Source: Vitrella brassicaformis CCMP3155
Lineage: Eukaryota; Protista; Chromerida
DNA length: 64,000 nucleotides
Assembly (NCBI GenBank): GCA_001179505.1
Contig: CDMY01000270.1
Coordinates: forward strand, 1-64,000
Direction: 5' to 3'
Below, one piece after another: positions 62,702 through 64,000 of this stretch. The position numbers and the translations under genes were made by a program. Below the pieces are notes generated by a model, which did no database searches, was not told the origin of the DNA, and worked only from the letters and a program-made list of their open reading frames with translations. The first letter of the stretch is position 1. Each line of letters opens with the position of its first letter.

Positions 62702-63106
62702 GCACTTCCGCAGCTCGCTCGGCACAATGCCTGCCAGCCAGTCATTCTTGGAGTGCCCGGAGGTGGAGCACCGACTCTTCTTCTGGACACGCTTGAGCCT
62801 GCAGTAAGTCGAGTAGGCGTCGACCTCGGCAGCACACACTGCAACACAGACAGTGCACCCACCGCTATTCATTCACTGTGCTGCATTGTCGGTGATGGGC
62901 TACATACCTGCATTGAACTGTTTCCTCCGCTCCTCTGCCTGCGCCTTGCGGTCCTGCCCGGAGATAATGGGGCCTTGTGTGTGTGGGTGCTGATGGTGGT
63001 CACTGTCGCATCGCGGGCGGGCTGATTGCGGTGCGTCCAGCTGCAGCTGCTTCATAGCCAGGGGCTCGATAGAGGCGCTCGTGTGGCGGAGGCCGTCGTC
63101 CTTCAT
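62702..63106 (-). CDS. Partial hypothetical gene divergent from 'MGN' copy B
   Basis: Exon 63106-62908 (phase 1, GTATG donor) splices in frame to exon 62838-62702: MKDDGLRHTSASIEPLAMKQLQL..KQFNAVCAAEVDAYSTYCRLKRVQKKSRCSTSGHSKNDWLAGIVPSELRKC, then the gap. Confidence 0.45.
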
Positions 63107-63127
63107 GGCGACAGGATCTTTTGGGCG

Positions 63128-63295
63128 ACTCAAACCCTAACCGTCCGTCACCCCAACCCTAACCCTTGAGATCCCGCATTCCAGTTGCTCGATCACACCA
63201 TCCATGCGATGAATTAAAGAACGCGTACGATTGCATCCACGTTTGAATGATGGGGGTGAGGGGTGAGAACCCCAACCCTAACCCTAACCCTTGAG
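63128..63295. repeat. Interstitial telomere-like (CCCTAA/CCCCAA) motifs; also at 61786-61812 and, on the opposite strand, about 31803-31817
   Basis: AACCCCAACCCTAACCC(TAACCC)TTGAG occurs three times (61791, 63150, 63268), plus AAACCCTAA at 63132-63140. GGGTTAGGGTTGAG lies upstream of HSP90. Confidence 0.75.
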
Positions 63296-63377
63296 TTGGT
63301 CCGTCAGCAATTGGGCCCGACGGCTGGCAACCATGGCATGAAGTTGATCGGCCCTGCAGGAGCGTAGAGAGGGCGAA

Positions 63378-64000
63378 ATGGGCAACAACCACACTGCGGA
63401 CCGCCATGGTGCCGTTATCGACGAACACACGCTGGACTTCCTCCACAAAGCCGACAGAGATGCCCTCCACACGTATGCAGACCACACAGAAATGACATGA
63501 GGGAAGGGGAGCGGCAGTTGACAGCTGTGTGTGTGTGGGTGTGTTGGCTATCTGTGTATGTGTGCAGCCGGTTGGAGGTCGGCAGCCTCAGCCACGGCCC
63601 GTTTCCTCTGGGAAGTCGACTTCTCGGCCGCCGTCCTGAGCAGCCGACTCAATCGCTGCCTGGCCGCCAAGGGGCTGCACGCCATCATCGCCTTCGACGC
63701 TCAGCTGGACCGCCCTTTGCTGCTGAAGGCCATCTGGCTGGTGGACACGCAGCAGTGGACCGAGGTGGCCAATGCGCTGCAGTTGGCGAGGCAGCGCGGC
63801 TTCTGCCAGCTGCCCATCACACTGGCTGTGGCCGACATGCAGCGTCACGATAGCAAACAGGTGGGCAGATGAGCGTGGGGCGGGGTGGGTGGCACTCATC
63901 GGTCTGTCTGTCTGTGTGTGTAGGCGTATTTGGCCGATGCGCGTGTGATTGCGCTGTGGAAGATGGTCGGCAGACACGTCAACTTCGGCGGCAACTACGG
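63378..64000 (+). pseudogene. 'MGN' multicopy-family gene, copy B (frameshifted)
   Basis: Near-identical to copy A, but CTCAGAGCC is CTCAGCC at about 63590. This 2-nt deletion breaks the frame after the first intron. The copy runs off the window end. Confidence 0.68.

Larger units (their letters stand above)
61596..64000. repeat. Two diverged tandem copies of a unit made of a minus-strand gene start, a telomere-like spacer and an 'MGN' gene (about 61596-62401 and 62920-64000)
   Basis: 61620-61765 aligns with 62940-63087, and 61840-62401 aligns with 63325-63880 (offset about 1480), with scattered substitutions and indels. Confidence 0.85.

Noticed and set aside
1-64000. Numerous ORFs rich in CVCV, THTH, DRQT or MDGW; CRISPR, tRNA or rRNA candidates
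   Set aside because: These ORFs are translations of (GT)n, (CA)n, (CAGA)n and (GGAT)n microsatellites or antisense shadows of real genes. No repeat-spacer array, cloverleaf or rRNA motif was seen.

Overview
Intron-rich, GC-rich eukaryotic nuclear DNA. Its features are short microsatellite-filled spliceosomal introns, nucleus-encoded plastid proteins with signal+transit leaders, and a flagellar-type microtubule inner protein. By inference it comes from a photosynthetic alveolate of the chromerid type (Vitrella-like). About 20 protein-coding genes can be spliced by eye. Recognisable ones are NAD(P) transhydrogenase (3' end), a vacuolar-sorting-receptor-like PA protein, Prp31, an acylated ARM-repeat protein, a plastid SLOG/DprA-like protein, ATG101, a GH16-PAN-TM protein, cytosolic Hsp90, a PMP34/PXN-like carrier, TAF12, clathrin heavy chain, a PsbP-domain protein, a PYG-repeat protein, a CCR4/Angel-like EEP protein and a TMF1-like golgin. 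Three hypothetical genes are also present, one of them invisible as a single ORF. Genes sit mostly in head-to-head pairs with very short spacers. There are three copies, at least two of them decayed, of a lineage-specific 'MGN...' multicopy gene family, a 91-bp Tc1/mariner-type MITE, five 300-N scaffold gaps and one gap-flanking duplication that is an assembly artefact. The most interesting signals are: (1) a circularly permuted, Fibrobacter-type GH16 glucanase fused to two PAN/apple domains and a membrane anchor; (2) introns polarised into AC-rich 5' and GT-rich 3' halves; (3) the repeated gene-pair unit with telomere-like motifs; (4) an EEP nuclease with altered catalytic motifs. All family assignments come from motif recognition, not from database searches.
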